This document shows positions 10,273 to 19,085 of a stretch of 64,000 nt of DNA, in pieces. A program made the translations under genes and the position numbers. Below the pieces are notes generated by a model. That model worked only from the letters and a program-made list of their open reading frames with translations. It did not search any database and was not told the DNA's origin. Origin of the DNA: Bacteroidales bacterium (lineage in GTDB: Bacteria > Bacteroidota > Bacteroidia > Bacteroidales > Muribaculaceae); contig JAAVFI010000008.1 of NCBI GenBank assembly GCA_014800815.1, positions 225 through 64,224 on the forward strand, written 5' to 3'. The stretch's first letter is position 1, and every line of letters begins with the position of its first letter.

Positions 10273-10644
10273 CTACCTGCCGTCGTGTATCTTCGCGGCG
10301 TCCTGACGGAAGAAATGCCGCTGAATCAGCAACTCGGCCAGCAAGAGCAAAACCACTGGAGGAGCCAATAGAGACAGCAGGTCGAGATTGAATACCGAAG
10401 CAGACATCCCATCAAAGCGTAGCGCTCTGAAAGCAACAGCAAACATCTCGCCGCAATACACTGCAAGAGTTGCAGCTACGAAAAACACGCCGACAACAGC
10501 GAGAATGACGTTAGTCCATAAGCGGCGACGGCTGCGGCGAGCTTCGGCAAGTTTCACGGCAGCCATAATCTGCATATTCATACTTGCGGGCGGCTGAGTG
10601 CCGCGAGCTGCTATAGCTTTTTTCAGGTTTGAATTAGTCTTCAT
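10273..10644 (-). CDS. Small membrane protein, putative anti-sigma factor
   Basis: 123 aa, soluble N-terminus plus two TM segments; overlaps the ECF sigma stop. Confidence 0.7.
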   Translation of the reverse strand: MKTNSNLKKAIAARGTQPPASMNMQIMAAVKLAEARRSRRRLWTNVILAVVGVFFVAATLAVYCGEMFAVAFRALRFDGMSASVFNLDLLSLLAPPVVLLLLAELLIQRHFFRQDAAKIHDGR

Positions 10645-11194
10645 ATTGCGCAGCGAGTTTATTTATAAGTATATACAGCTGTTTGCGGATGCGGTGAAGT
10701 CTCACTTTAACGTTTGCCGGCGTCATGTCCATCACTACTGCGATGTCTACCACAGGCATTTCCTCGAAGTAGAAAAGAGTCACCAATGTGCGGTCCTGCA
10801 CAGAGATCATGTCGAGAGCCTCGGGTAGCGCGCACAGGCGCGTGTCATCCGACTCGAGAAAGACATCGACGGCAGAGTCGGATATTGCCTTCAGTCTCTC
10901 CTCATCGACAGCGACAGTCCTTGACGCCACAGAAGCCCTGCACAGATCTATCACGAGCCGGTAGGCCAAAGAGTAGAGCCATGTGCCGAAACTGCAGCGC
11001 CCATCGAATCGCGAGAGCCTCGTGAAGGCTCGCACAAATATCTCCTGCACTATATCGGGAGCCTCGACACCGCCGGGGGCGACCTTGCTCACAAGCCCGA
11101 AGACACGGGAGGAGTAACGGTCGACGAGTAACCCGAAACTGTCGGTGTCGCCGGAGAGCACGCGATTTATTATTTCTGCATCGGTGAGTTTCAC
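10634..11194 (-). CDS. ECF RNA polymerase sigma factor
   Basis: DIVQEIFVRAF..L.RFDGRCSFGTWLY (region 2); MTPANVKVRLHRIRKQL (region 4). Confidence 0.95.
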   Translation of the reverse strand: MKLTDAEIINRVLSGDTDSFGLLVDRYSSRVFGLVSKVAPGGVEAPDIVQEIFVRAFTRLSRFDGRCSFGTWLYSLAYRLVIDLCRASVASRTVAVDEERLKAISDSAVDVFLESDDTRLCALPEALDMISVQDRTLVTLFYFEEMPVVDIAVVMDMTPANVKVRLHRIRKQLYILINKLAAQYED

Positions 11195-11200
11195 ATATTA

Positions 11201-11230
11201 TTAGACGTATTACAGGGTGCCGAGGTTACA
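11201..11230 (-). promoter_or_regulatory. ECF-type promoter TGTAACC-N16-CGTCTAA driving the sigma gene (leaderless)
   Basis: ggttaca 11224-11230 and ttagacg 11201-11207; -10 ends 6 nt before the GTG at 11194. Confidence 0.7.
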
Positions 11231-11255
11231 TCCTGAAGAAAAATTTCGTAGTACA

Positions 11256-11285
11256 TGTAACCTCCGGACATATAAATCCGTCTAA
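11256..11285 (+). promoter_or_regulatory. ECF-type promoter TGTAACC-N16-CGTCTAA driving the divergent membrane protein
   Basis: tgtaacc 11256-11262, cgtctaa 11279-11285; identical elements and spacing to the opposite promoter. Confidence 0.7.
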
Positions 11286-11312
11286 AAGACAGAAACATTA
11301 AATAACACTCAC

Positions 11313-11696
11313 ATGGATCTAACACCTGTTTTCATTTTCGCAATCATCTCGGTTGCCCTTTACAAAATTCTCCAGCTCTTTGTCTGTCGTCGCGAGCGCC
11401 TTGCAATCATCGAAAAAATCAGCGACGGGATTTCTGCGACACGCATATGCGAGATGCTTAAAAATCAGTTCGGAGACTACACGACACTCCGTTGGGGCTC
11501 GCTTGCAATAGGTTTCGGCATCGGCATGTTGATTACCGCCATCGTCGCCCTTACCTCCAACTGGGACACTTCAATCCCCCATTTTTACCAATACAGGCAG
11601 ATGCTTGCCGGCGGTATCATAATACTTTGTGGAGGTCTCGGACTCATAGCAGGCTATATCATAGAATCGAAGCAACGAAAAGACGCAGAAAAATAA
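11313..11696 (+). CDS. Membrane protein, DUF6249-like
   Basis: RRERLAIIEK, TLRWG.L.IG.GIG pattern with 3 TM helices; family name recalled, not searched. Confidence 0.75.
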   Translation: MDLTPVFIFAIISVALYKILQLFVCRRERLAIIEKISDGISATRICEMLKNQFGDYTTLRWGSLAIGFGIGMLITAIVALTSNWDTSIPHFYQYRQMLAGGIIILCGGLGLIAGYIIESKQRKDAEK

Positions 11697-11750
11697 GACA
11701 TAATGATCTTCCGAAACTTAGTATAGATAACGACTGCATTCGAGTCATCG

Positions 11751-11853
11751 AAGTCGAAGTGCATCTGCAGGGGATTTAAACGGTCCGACTCCTTGCCGCT
11801 TTTTCCGAGCGACAGGCCGAGGAGACGTAGGGGAGTGCATACGTGGGCTTTGT
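11751..11853 (-). repeat. Direct repeat copy 1: decayed duplicate of the dinB 3' end
   Basis: 96/103 nt identical to 14603-14705; encodes KAHVCTPLRLLGLSLGKSGKESDRLNPLQMHFDF. Confidence 0.95.
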
Positions 11854-11857
11854 AACT

Positions 11858-11888
11858 ATCAGTTGGCAATATCTATGTGCCAACTGAT
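11858..11888. repeat. Perfect 11-bp inverted repeat at the islet left junction
   Basis: atcagttggca-N9-tgccaactgat, 4 nt from the direct repeat. Confidence 0.8.
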
Positions 11889-11950
11889 GTAACTGATAAT
11901 ATTTTCGAGCCTTTAACGGTGAAACACTTGTGTAATTTGTTATAAAGTTG

Positions 11951-11958
11951 TACCTTTG
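11951..11958 (+). promoter_or_regulatory. Bacteroidetes -7 promoter element of TA-like operon 1
   Basis: TACCTTTG, with TTG 20 nt upstream (11928-11930). Confidence 0.65.
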
Positions 11959-11985
11959 TAAGGTATTATATAAAAATTTCTGCTT

Positions 11986-12144
11986 ATGGCACGACCGATT
12001 AAAGAAACCCCCGAACTTCGAGGGAACGATGCGGTGAGATTTGAAACCCTGATCTCTACCCCAAAACCTGTGTCCAAAGAGGAGAAGGAGCGAGCCCGCA
12101 AGGCTTATGAAGTAATGAAATCTATCAGCAATTTTCAGTGGTGA
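11986..12144 (+). CDS. 52-aa putative antitoxin (not in ORF track)
   Basis: MARPIKETPELRGNDAVRFETLISTPKPVSKEEKERARKAYEVMKSISNFQW; its TGA overlaps the GNAT GTG (GTGA 12141-12144); similar to 28391-28576. Confidence 0.8.
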   Translation: MARPIKETPELRGNDAVRFETLISTPKPVSKEEKERARKAYEVMKSISNFQW

Positions 12145-12683
12145 AAATTGATTTCAGCAAACTGCGCCAGTTCCAACTCACAGAGGACTCTGACATAAAG
12201 CCGTTCAAATGTGCTGATGACGATTTGAACGAATTTCTCTTTGAAGACGCAAAGCATTTTCAAAGAGAACTCATGGCTGTGACTTATTTGCTCGAATATA
12301 TGGAGCAGAATAAGACCGTAGCCTATTTCAGTTTGCTTGCTGACAAAATTATATTCAATCCTGATGAAAAGGGCGTTTGGAATAAACTTAATCGTAATAT
12401 TCCAAACTCCAAACGTCGCAGAAGTTATCCCGCAGTAAAAGTTGGTCGCCTTGCTGTGAATGAAAATTATTCCGGTCAAGGTCTTGGTACATTCATACTT
12501 GACAACATCAAGTATGCATTCTCTAATGTAAAGCGTCTTGGTTGCCGCTTTATTACAGTAGATGCGCTGAAAACTGCCGTGCCGTTTTATGAACGTAACG
12601 GCTTTCAATGTATAACAGAGTCAGACAAGGACGAAGAAACACGCCTGATGTTCTTCGACCTTAAAAATTTCATAACAGAATGA
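12141..12683 (+). CDS. GNAT acetyltransferase, AtaT/TacT-like putative toxin
   Basis: F.C.DDDLNEFL, YPAVKVGRLAV...YSGQGLG, GCRFITVDA, AVPFYERNGF; start taken at GTG 12141 (track gives 12138). Confidence 0.85.
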   Translation: MKIDFSKLRQFQLTEDSDIKPFKCADDDLNEFLFEDAKHFQRELMAVTYLLEYMEQNKTVAYFSLLADKIIFNPDEKGVWNKLNRNIPNSKRRRSYPAVKVGRLAVNENYSGQGLGTFILDNIKYAFSNVKRLGCRFITVDALKTAVPFYERNGFQCITESDKDEETRLMFFDLKNFITE

Positions 12684-12953
12684 TGTCTATGAAATATCAA
12701 CGGAAGTTCACATGGCGATATGCACACTAACCGTTTTGGTGGTTCATGGTTCACGATGGACGCATCAGTAGGCAAGTCATTCCTGAATAAATCTCTCACT
12801 CTCAAACTGTCTGCTACTGACATTTCTCTCTTTGTGCTAAATCATTTAAATTCAAACACTCTCTAAGAAACTTCATAATGATATTTTATCTGGAAGTAAA
12901 ATTTTTGGCGTATCTTTGCTTTATAATATCCAACACTGTTTCAGTATAACGGT

Positions 12954-14006
12954 ATGTTCATAAAAGACTTTTCTAAACTTTGGTTGCTCTTTGTTATAGT
13001 CACTTTATTTAATTGCTCTACAATTAATGGAACCAATATTGTAACCTATGTTGTTTCAGATAGTATAGACCTTTCTTCAGAGAAACTTAAAATGGAATTA
13101 GAGAGTTTTTCAAATGGGGATGATAAGGTTAGAATCTCTTTTAAATTGAAAAGTGCCAATGTGCCTTTTACGATTTATGATGCAAGATGGGTGAATTGTG
13201 ATACAACACTTGTCCCATCCGAACCTTTCTCATTGATTGCGCAAACTAATGAGGTGTCCGGTAAAAACACCGAATGGCACATCTCTCTTGATTTCCCATT
13301 CTCTGATACATTTGAAGATGATGATGTTTTAATTCTAAACACTGACAAAGGAATTATAAGATGTCCTACATCGATTACCGGAAAACTAAGAGTAGAGCTG
13401 GATCTTCTTCGCAACGACTATGAGAATGCAAAAATGAGTGTGCAGAATACATGGATACTTTTATTTGTTACATTGGCGTCTGTTATTGTTATCAGTGCAA
13501 TTGTTTTAATTGTTGTCAAGCGAAGGCTTACACGAAAGCAGAGAGAGATTGAAGAACTTTCAATGCTTATTTCGGAGAGAACCAATCGCAACTATGAACT
13601 GGAGGCGCAGGTTAATACTCTATATAGCAGTCGGCTTGACACGCTGAATATGTTATGTAATGAGTATTTTGAAAAAAGTGATTCCGAGAAGGTGAAACTT
13701 TCGCTATATAATGAAGTTGAAAAACAGATATTGGCTTTACGTGATACCAAAAGGATAGCAGAACTTGAAACGATTGTCAATAAATACATGGACAATATTC
13801 TCGCAAAGGTTCGTGAACAGTTGCCCGAACTTACCGGCAAAGATTTGATATTCCTTACTTATCTCTATGCCGGTTTCGCACCTCGGGCAGTTTGTATTTT
13901 TACCGATATAAAGATTAAGAATTTTTACAACCGTCGAAGCCGACTTAAGGACCGCATCCTTGAATCAAGTGCACCGGATAAGGAAACTTTTGTTTCTAAA
14001 ATGTAG
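12954..14006 (+). CDS. Membrane-spanning regulator with C-terminal LuxR-like HTH
   Basis: Signal peptide, extracytoplasmic domain, TM (WILLFV..IVVK), coiled coil, LPELTGKDLIFLTYLYAGF.PRAVCIF...NFYNRRSRLKDRI; TATCTTTG promoter at 12911-12918. Confidence 0.75.
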   Translation: MFIKDFSKLWLLFVIVTLFNCSTINGTNIVTYVVSDSIDLSSEKLKMELESFSNGDDKVRISFKLKSANVPFTIYDARWVNCDTTLVPSEPFSLIAQTNEVSGKNTEWHISLDFPFSDTFEDDDVLILNTDKGIIRCPTSITGKLRVELDLLRNDYENAKMSVQNTWILLFVTLASVIVISAIVLIVVKRRLTRKQREIEELSMLISERTNRNYELEAQVNTLYSSRLDTLNMLCNEYFEKSDSEKVKLSLYNEVEKQILALRDTKRIAELETIVNKYMDNILAKVREQLPELTGKDLIFLTYLYAGFAPRAVCIFTDIKIKNFYNRRSRLKDRILESSAPDKETFVSKM

Positions 14007-14166
14007 TCTTAACTGGATGATTATCAAGGTGAGGAATTGCTAATTTTTCTTCATGTTGATTATCAGGCTATTAGGGACTTAAATGAGGACAGATATTTTG
14101 TGATATTTTTTGGTCTGCCTAAATATGGATGCTAATTTTGCGGTGTCAAATCAAAAATAACGTCAC

Positions 14167-14484
14167 ATGAAAAAAATCTTTTTAACTGCAGTTTTCAGCC
14201 TCGCGGTTTTTGCGGCTTCTGCTGAAATCAAGTTCCAATCTCTCGACAATGTCAAGGGGACTAACGTAGTGCTGGTAGATGAAAACGCTCCGCAAACAGT
14301 CAATATCACCGATGCTATTTTATCAAATAATGGTAGCGAGTATCCCGCGAAAGAAATAAGATGCGACGTGGTAAACGGAGTTGCAACCTACAAACTCAAG
14401 TTCAAACGACACACCCATTTCAAAGACACTAAAGTAACGCTTACTGTCAATGGGAAAAAAATCACCATAGACATTCTGGATTAA
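14167..14484 (+). CDS. Small secreted beta-rich hypothetical protein
   Basis: SPI signal MKKIFLTAVFSLAVFAASA; TAATTTTG promoter upstream. Confidence 0.8.
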   Translation: MKKIFLTAVFSLAVFAASAEIKFQSLDNVKGTNVVLVDENAPQTVNITDAILSNNGSEYPAKEIRCDVVNGVATYKLKFKRHTHFKDTKVTLTVNGKKITIDILD

Positions 14485-14520
14485 GTTGCGGTGGTAAGCC
14501 ACACATTCCGATCATCGCTT

Positions 14521-14547
14521 TAGGTGCTTCGCTTGGCGAAGCATCTA
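14521..14547. terminator. Hairpin between the converging islet gene and dinB
   Basis: taggtgcttcgc-ttg-gcgaagcatcta; no clear U-tract. Confidence 0.45.
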
Positions 14548-14598
14548 AGTTCACGACTAAAAGGCTTCAACCTCACACTCCTTATTTAACGCCGTGGT

Positions 14599-15666
14599 CT
14601 AAAAGTCGAAGTGCATCTGCAGGGGATTTTCGCGGTCCGACTCCTTGCCGCTTTTTCCGAGCGACAGGCCGAGGAGGCGTAGGGGAGTGCGCACGTTGGC
14701 TTTGTCGAGCAGGCTGCGGGCGGCTGTGAGTATTTCTTCAACCGTAGCCACGGGGGAGAATCCCGAGAGGGAGCGGGTGTGGGTGTCGAAGGCCGATGTG
14801 CGCAACTTGAGTGTGAGCACACTGCCGTCGAACTCTTTTGTGCTGATGCGTCGGTGCAGTTCCTCGGCGAGCGACGCCAGTATGCCGTCGAGTTCGGCAG
14901 GGTCGCTGATGTCGGAGTCGAATGTGCGTTCGCATCCTATTGACTTGCGGACGCGGAAAGCTTCGACGGGACGATTGTCGACGCCACGGGCAAAATCGTA
15001 GTACTGTTTGCCGGCTTTGCCGAAGTAGAGCCGAAGTTCGGGTACTGAAAGATTGCGCAGATCGGCGCCTGTGTATATTCCGAGAGAGTGCATCTTGGCA
15101 GCTGTCACGGGGCCTACTCCCCAGAAACTTTCCACGGGCATGTGGGCTATGAATTCGGCTGCGCGCTCGGGAGCTATCACGCATAGTCCGTCGGGTTTGC
15201 GGTAGTCGGATGCTATCTTGGCGAGGAACTTGTTGAACGACACGCCGGCAGATGCTACGAGGCCGAGTTCGTCGCGTATCGCCTTCTTAATGTCGCGGGC
15301 GATGTCGAGTGCAAGAGGGATGTTACGGTGATTTTCCGTTACGTCGAGGAAGGCCTCGTCGAGTGATATAGGCTCGATGATATCGGTATGGCGGTGTAAT
15401 ATTTCGTGAATCTGTGCCGATACCGCCTTGTATACGTCGAACCTGCAGTCGACGAATGTAAGCTGCGGGCACAGCTTGCGTGCTTTGGACGACGACATGG
15501 CGGATCGCACTCCGAAGCGGCGTGCCTCGTAGCTTGCCGCGCATACCACACCGCGTCCGTCGGCCTGACCTACGGCTATAGGCACACCGCGGAGGGCGGG
15601 ATTGTCGCGCTGTTCTACCGAAGCGTAGAAAGCGTCCATGTCGATGTGTATGATTTTGCGAACCAT
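14599..15666 (-). CDS. dinB: DNA polymerase IV
   Basis: RKIIHIDMDAFYASVEQRD, ASYEARRFGV.SAM, SLDEAFLD, NKFLAKIASD..KPDG; C-terminal clamp-like QMHFDF; ATG at 15666. Confidence 0.97.
   Translation of the reverse strand: MVRKIIHIDMDAFYASVEQRDNPALRGVPIAVGQADGRGVVCAASYEARRFGVRSAMSSSKARKLCPQLTFVDCRFDVYKAVSAQIHEILHRHTDIIEPISLDEAFLDVTENHRNIPLALDIARDIKKAIRDELGLVASAGVSFNKFLAKIASDYRKPDGLCVIAPERAAEFIAHMPVESFWGVGPVTAAKMHSLGIYTGADLRNLSVPELRLYFGKAGKQYYDFARGVDNRPVEAFRVRKSIGCERTFDSDISDPAELDGILASLAEELHRRISTKEFDGSVLTLKLRTSAFDTHTRSLSGFSPVATVEEILTAARSLLDKANVRTPLRLLGLSLGKSGKESDRENPLQMHFDF
14603..14705 (-). repeat. Direct repeat copy 2: functional dinB 3' end
   Basis: Pairs with 11751-11853 (7 mismatches). Confidence 0.95.
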
Positions 15667-15694
15667 AGTTTGCGGAGAGATTGAAAGAGAGGGT

Positions 15695-15729
15695 AAAAAA
15701 AGAGGCAAGCACTTGATGCGCTTGCCTCT
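15695..15729 (-). terminator. Terminator after tRNA-Glu, 28 nt upstream of dinB
   Basis: agaggcaagc..gcttgcctct stem followed by U-tract on minus. Confidence 0.8.
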
Positions 15730-15744
15730 ATCGGCTTGATTTTG

Positions 15745-15817
15745 TAGCGAATCAGGGAATCGAACCCTGGTCTCCACCGTGAGAGGGTGGCGTGCTAGGC
15801 CACTACACTAAATCGCC
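15745..15817 (-). tRNA. tRNA-Glu (anticodon CTC)
   Basis: GGCGATTTAGTGTAGTGGCCTAGCACG-CCACC-CTCTCAC-GGTGG-AGACCAGGGTTCGATTCCCTGATTCGCTA; TAACTTTG promoter at 15835-15842. Confidence 0.93.
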
Positions 15818-15910
15818 ATTTTTCGTTTGCGATGCAAAGTTAAGGCGAAATTTCTGACTGTGCAAGTATTTCGGCTGATTTTAACATTATTTTAGGCTGA
15901 GCGATTTGTC

Positions 15911-15953
15911 AAAAAATAAAGGCAGACGCACTGCCGGGAGCGCGCCTGCCTTT
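15911..15953 (-). terminator. Terminator of the clpB-lipoprotein unit
   Basis: aaaggcag.cgc stem with U-rich tail on minus. Confidence 0.7.
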
Positions 15954-15975
15954 GTAACAGACAATTGGGAATACT

Positions 15976-16461
15976 TTACTTGGGATTTGCCTGGGTGGTG
16001 GTAGGAGTGGCCACAAATGTGGTTGAACCACCGCCGGGCACTTCGTCTTCCGACTCAACAACTACCACTTTCAAACCGATAACCGCAGTGGCAACTTCTT
16101 TGTCGACAGCCAGGACGGGAGCCTGAATATCGAGTGAGTGATTGCCGAGGGGAGTGGTGTCGGAGGTAGGAATCTCGATACCGTAGGGTGCGAATACCGA
16201 GGTGCCGATGTAGCGGCCGTCCCAGAAATACGCAGCCTGGGTGATTGCGGCTTCCTTGCCTTCCTCACGGTTGGTAACGGTGATGCCGGAGATAGTGAGG
16301 GTTTCGCCCTGAACTACATATACGGCACCGTCGACCTTGGTGGCATTTTCTACTTCGACGTTGAAGTCTACGTCGGGGAGGTTTTTGTCGTCGTCGCTGC
16401 AGCTTACGAAGGCTAATGCGGGAATAGCGATTAAAGCTGCTGCAAGGAGTTTTTTAATCAT
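15976..16461 (-). CDS. Hypothetical lipoprotein
   Basis: Lipobox FVSC followed by acidic SDDDK; Ig-like beta content. Confidence 0.8.
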   Translation of the reverse strand: MIKKLLAAALIAIPALAFVSCSDDDKNLPDVDFNVEVENATKVDGAVYVVQGETLTISGITVTNREEGKEAAITQAAYFWDGRYIGTSVFAPYGIEIPTSDTTPLGNHSLDIQAPVLAVDKEVATAVIGLKVVVVESEDEVPGGGSTTFVATPTTTQANPK

Positions 16462-16493
16462 GAACTTGAAATTTGATTATGTTAATATTTAGG

Positions 16494-19085
16494 TTAATTC
16501 TTGAATACAAGGTCGTCGCCTTCAACGTCGATTACGATAGGTTGCGACTTGTCGACTTTCTGTGCGAGGATGTCCTTTGAGAGCTGGTTGAGCACCAGAC
16601 GGTGTATTGCTCTCTTCACGGGACGTGCACCGAATTCGGGGTCGAAGCCTTCGTCGGCGAGGAATGAGAGGGCCTTGGGAGTAATCTTGAGCTCGATGCC
16701 CGACGATGCCATGAGCATCTTCTGGATACTCTTGATCTGGAGTCCTACGATTTCTTCGATTTCAGTTCTGTTCAGCGGTGTGAACATGATGATTTCGTCG
16801 ATACGGTTGAGGAACTCGGGACGGATCGTCTGCTTGAGCATGTCGAGCACGGCCTCCTTGGTCTTCTCGATGGTCTCAACACGGTTCTGAGGCGTAATCT
16901 TGGCGAAGTTGTCGCGGATGAGCGAAGAACCCATGTTTGAGGTCATGATGATAATGGTGTTCTTGAAGTTGACGTTGCGGCCCTTGTTGTCGGTAAGGTG
17001 GCCGTCGTCGAGCACCTGAAGGAGGATGTTGAATACATCGGGGTGAGCCTTCTCGATTTCGTCGAAGAGCACTACGGAGTAGGGTTTGCGACGAACCGCT
17101 TCGGTGAGCTGACCGCCTTCATCGTAGCCTACGTATCCCGGAGGCGCTCCTACGAGACGCGACACTGAGTGTTTCTCCTGATACTCGCTCATGTCGATAC
17201 GGGTCATCATGTTCTCGTCGTCGAAGAGGTATTCGGCGAGAGCCTTTGCGAGTTCGGTCTTACCTACACCGGTGGTACCGAGGAAGATAAACGAACCGAT
17301 AGGACGCTTGGGGTCGTTGAGGCCTGCGCGGCTTCGGCGTACGGCATCGGCAATGGCGGTGATAGCCTCGTCCTGACCGATTACGCGGTCGTGGAGTTCT
17401 TCTTCGAGGTGGAGGAGTTTCTCCTTCTCGCTCTGAACCATCTTGTTGACGGGGATACCTGTCCAGCGCGATACTACGTCGGCGATGTCTTCGGCATCAA
17501 CTTCTTCCTTGATGAGCGATTTCTCGCCCTGCATCATCTTGAGCTGCTCCTGAGTGGTCTCGATTTCTTTCTGCTTCTCGGCGATGCGGGAGTAGCGGAT
17601 TTCGGCCACGCGGGCGTAGTCGCCTTCGCGTTCGGCTTTCTCGGCCTCGAAGTTGAGCTGCTCTATATCAATCTTATTCTGCTGAATACGGTTGATGAGG
17701 TCGCGCTCGGCCTGCCACTTGGCGGAGTATTCTTTCTCCTCCTCGCGGAGTGAGGCAATTTCGTGCTCGATTTCGCGCACTTTTTCGTCCTGACCTTCGC
17801 GCTTGATAGCCTCGCGTTCGATTTCCTTCTGGGCTATACGGCGGGTGATGTCGTCGAGCGCCTGAGGCACGGAGTCGATTTCGAGTTTGAGCTTAGATGC
17901 AGCCTCGTCGATAAGGTCAATGGCCTTGTCGGGGAGGAAGCGGTCGGTGATGTATCGCTCCGAAAGCTGCACGGCTGCAATAATCGCCTCGTCGCGGATA
18001 CGCACTTTGTGGTGATTCTCGTAGCGCTCTTTAAGACCGCGGAGGATAGCGATAGCGCTGGTCTCGTCGGGCTCGTTGACCATTACTTTCTGGAAACGGC
18101 GCTCGAGAGCCTTGTCTTTTTCAAAATATTTCTGGTATTCGTCGAGTGTGGTGGCACCGATGCTGCGGAGTTCGCCGCGGGCGAGAGCAGGCTTGAGGAT
18201 GTTTGCTGCATCCATTGCGCCTTCGCCTTTACCGGCGCCTACGAGGGTGTGGATTTCGTCGATAAAGAGGATAATCTCACCGTCGGCACCCGTCACTTCG
18301 TTGACGATAGCCTTGAGTCGTTCTTCGAACTCGCCTTTGTACTTGGCACCTGCCACAAGGGCTCCCATGTCGAGCGAATAAATCTGCTTAGTGCGGAGGT
18401 TTTCGGGCACGTCGCCGCGAACGATGCGGTGTGCAAGACCCTCTGCGATAGCTGTCTTACCTGTACCCGGCTCTCCGATAAGCATAGGGTTGTTTTTGGT
18501 TCGGCGGCTGAGAATCTGGAGCACGCGGCGGATTTCTTCGTCACGGCCGATTACGGGGTCTAGCTTGCCTGCGCGGGCGCGTTCGTTGAGGTTGATAGCG
18601 TACTTTGAGAGAGCGTTGTAAGTTTCCTCAGCGCTCTGGTCGGTTGCTTTCTTGCCCTTGCGGAGTTCCTCGATAGCCGATTCGAGTTCCTTCTTGCCGA
18701 GGCCGGCATCCTTGAGGATGGTGGCTGCGGGAGAATTTATCTCGAAGAGAGCAAGGAGCATAGCTTCAAGAGTCACATATTCGTCGCCCTGCTTCTTTGC
18801 AATGTCGAGCGACTTCTGGAGTACGTCGTTCGAAGTGCGGCTGAGGTAGGGTTCCTGACCTGAAACTTTGGGCAATTTAGCAATTTCTGCGTCGACAGCA
18901 CGTGTGACGTTGGCGGGGTTGGCTCCTATCTTCTGGAATATGAACTTAACCACCGATTCTCCCTCGTCAATCACACCCTTGAGGATGCAGACAGGTTCTA
19001 CAGCCTGACTTCCGGCACCTCGGGTAATCTCGACGGCCTTCTGTATGGCTTCCTGCGATTTTATTGTAAAACTGTTGAAATTCAT
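16494..19085 (-). CDS. clpB: ATP-dependent chaperone ClpB
   Basis: 863 aa; two AAA modules ([16 protein letters not shown]), middle coiled coil, [12 protein letters not shown]. Confidence 0.98.
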   Translation of the reverse strand: MNFNSFTIKSQEAIQKAVEITRGAGSQAVEPVCILKGVIDEGESVVKFIFQKIGANPANVTRAVDAEIAKLPKVSGQEPYLSRTSNDVLQKSLDIAKKQGDEYVTLEAMLLALFEINSPAATILKDAGLGKKELESAIEELRKGKKATDQSAEETYNALSKYAINLNERARAGKLDPVIGRDEEIRRVLQILSRRTKNNPMLIGEPGTGKTAIAEGLAHRIVRGDVPENLRTKQIYSLDMGALVAGAKYKGEFEERLKAIVNEVTGADGEIILFIDEIHTLVGAGKGEGAMDAANILKPALARGELRSIGATTLDEYQKYFEKDKALERRFQKVMVNEPDETSAIAILRGLKERYENHHKVRIRDEAIIAAVQLSERYITDRFLPDKAIDLIDEAASKLKLEIDSVPQALDDITRRIAQKEIEREAIKREGQDEKVREIEHEIASLREEEKEYSAKWQAERDLINRIQQNKIDIEQLNFEAEKAEREGDYARVAEIRYSRIAEKQKEIETTQEQLKMMQGEKSLIKEEVDAEDIADVVSRWTGIPVNKMVQSEKEKLLHLEEELHDRVIGQDEAITAIADAVRRSRAGLNDPKRPIGSFIFLGTTGVGKTELAKALAEYLFDDENMMTRIDMSEYQEKHSVSRLVGAPPGYVGYDEGGQLTEAVRRKPYSVVLFDEIEKAHPDVFNILLQVLDDGHLTDNKGRNVNFKNTIIIMTSNMGSSLIRDNFAKITPQNRVETIEKTKEAVLDMLKQTIRPEFLNRIDEIIMFTPLNRTEIEEIVGLQIKSIQKMLMASSGIELKITPKALSFLADEGFDPEFGARPVKRAIHRLVLNQLSKDILAQKVDKSQPIVIDVEGDDLVFKN

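Larger units (their letters stand above)
11751..14705. mobile_element. AT-rich genomic islet at the dinB 3' end (no integrase)
   Basis: Flanking 103-bp direct repeats; visibly AT-rich interior carrying a TA-like pair, a membrane regulator and a secreted protein. Confidence 0.75.

Noticed and set aside
11201-11285. Invertible promoter (inverton) flanked by inverted repeats
   Set aside because: Only the -35/-10-like heptamers match, in two blocks with unrelated spacers, and no invertase is nearby; divergent ECF promoters explain it better
11654-11869. 71-aa ORF as a real gene
   Set aside because: It is the reading frame of the duplicated dinB tail, with no promoter or own domain
12605-12823. 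72-aa minus-strand ORF or pseudogene fragment in the islet
   Set aside because: Partly antisense to the GNAT, a stop lies just upstream in frame, and no recognisable motif; cannot be supported without a search
14580-14610. dif-like XerD arm (GTTAAAT on minus)
   Set aside because: Only 7/11 match and no XerC arm
11751-14705. dinB-tail repeats as a DGR template/variable repeat pair (5 of 7 mismatches are A in copy 1 on the + strand)
   Set aside because: On the coding strand these positions are T, not A; no reverse transcriptase or avd gene is present; the pattern fits GC-to-AT decay
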